From a virus: a stretch of 47,770 nucleotides of DNA. Positions 47,535 to 47,770 of the stretch are shown piece after piece. The translations under genes and the position numbers were made by a program. Under the pieces are notes generated by a model. That model saw only the letters and a list, made by a program, of their open reading frames with translations, searched no databases and was not told the DNA's origin. The stretch lies in IMG/VR virus record IMGVR_UViG_3300002461_000080, positions 1 to 47,770 of that record; one strand, written 5' to 3'. The stretch's first letter is position 1; the number at the start of each line of letters is the position of its first letter.

Positions 47535-47770
47535 TTACGCTCGAGCGCCTCCGCGCGACGTGCCGACCTCGAGCCGTCGGCCGTGCTCCGCGATCAACAG
47601 GGCATCCGCGATCGCGTGCGTCATGATGATGCGCGGGAACAGCTTCGCCGCGCGTCGCTTCGTGACGTTCTTGTCGCCGCCACTGCGGCAGCCGAGCGCG
47701 TCCTGCCACTTCTGAGGCCGGACCGCCGTGAGCGGCAGCCTGAACGCGGCCAGCACGCCCTGAATGTTCC
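47535..47770 (-). CDS. ruvC: RuvC-like Holliday junction resolvase, 3-prime part.
   Basis: The C-terminal peptide is ..RPQKWQDALGCRSGGDKNVTKRRAAKLFPRIIMTHAIADALLIAEHG, containing the RuvC-type AxADAxxIA acidic motif. It is in frame with the 5-prime part. Confidence 0.85.
   Translation of the reverse strand, partial: NIQGVLAAFRLPLTAVRPQKWQDALGCRSGGDKNVTKRRAAKLFPRIIMTHAIADALLIAEHGRRLEVGTSRGGARA
47677..47770. repeat. Terminal direct repeat copy 2, identical to 1..94.
   Basis: Direct comparison of the two window ends. Confidence 0.95.

Noticed and set aside
1-47770. The striking abundance of CTCGAG (XhoI) palindromes, as a possible restriction-related or structural signal.
   Set aside because: It is explained by codon usage. 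Leu-Glu (CTC-GAG) dipeptides are frequent in these proteins, and the hexamer is its own reverse complement. No spacing pattern is evident.

Overview
The window is a complete tailed-phage genome. Its first 94 bases are identical to its last 94, so the unique length is 47,676 bp. The sequence is strongly GC-rich, and every credible gene lies on the minus strand. The long plus-strand ORFs are antisense shadows.

Reading along the minus strand, the layout is:
- An early operon (7417 down to 2786) with orphan small proteins, an SF2 helicase and a secreted collagen-like protein.
- A roughly 500-bp structured non-coding region (2286..2785).
- A replication and DNA-metabolism block: a DnaB helicase, a RuvC-like resolvase that spans the contig junction, an MT-A70 methyltransferase and Cys-rich mini-proteins.
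- The packaging genes terS and terL, separated by five tiny genes.
- A 2-kb accessory island, then a T7-type portal, scaffold, HK97-type capsid and decoration proteins.
- A T7-type tail (gp11-like adaptor, gp12-like nozzle) and three internal/ejection proteins.
- A collagen-like fibre, an unusual lysis cassette, and a Rad52-like / PD-(D/E)XK / HNH recombination module.

No DNA polymerase, RNA polymerase, integrase, repressor, tRNA or CRISPR array was seen.

The most interesting items are:
1. A 3643-aa polyvalent protein in the gp16 slot. It carries three ART-like modules, a ParB/Srx-like module, a GNAT-like module and an HExxH module.
2. The exact 12-mer TTGACAGAAACC, which occurs four times. 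Two copies sit at operon boundaries, one lies inside the giant gene next to a perfect palindrome, and one is inverted at the dnaB/ruvC junction.
3. The hairpin-dense non-coding region.
4. A 1196-aa protein that joins a roughly 900-aa N-terminal region to a C-terminal gp11-like domain.
5. A signal-peptide collagen-like protein.
6. A lysis cassette with no canonical endolysin.

All family assignments come from motifs read by eye and recalled from memory. They need HMM or structure-based confirmation.
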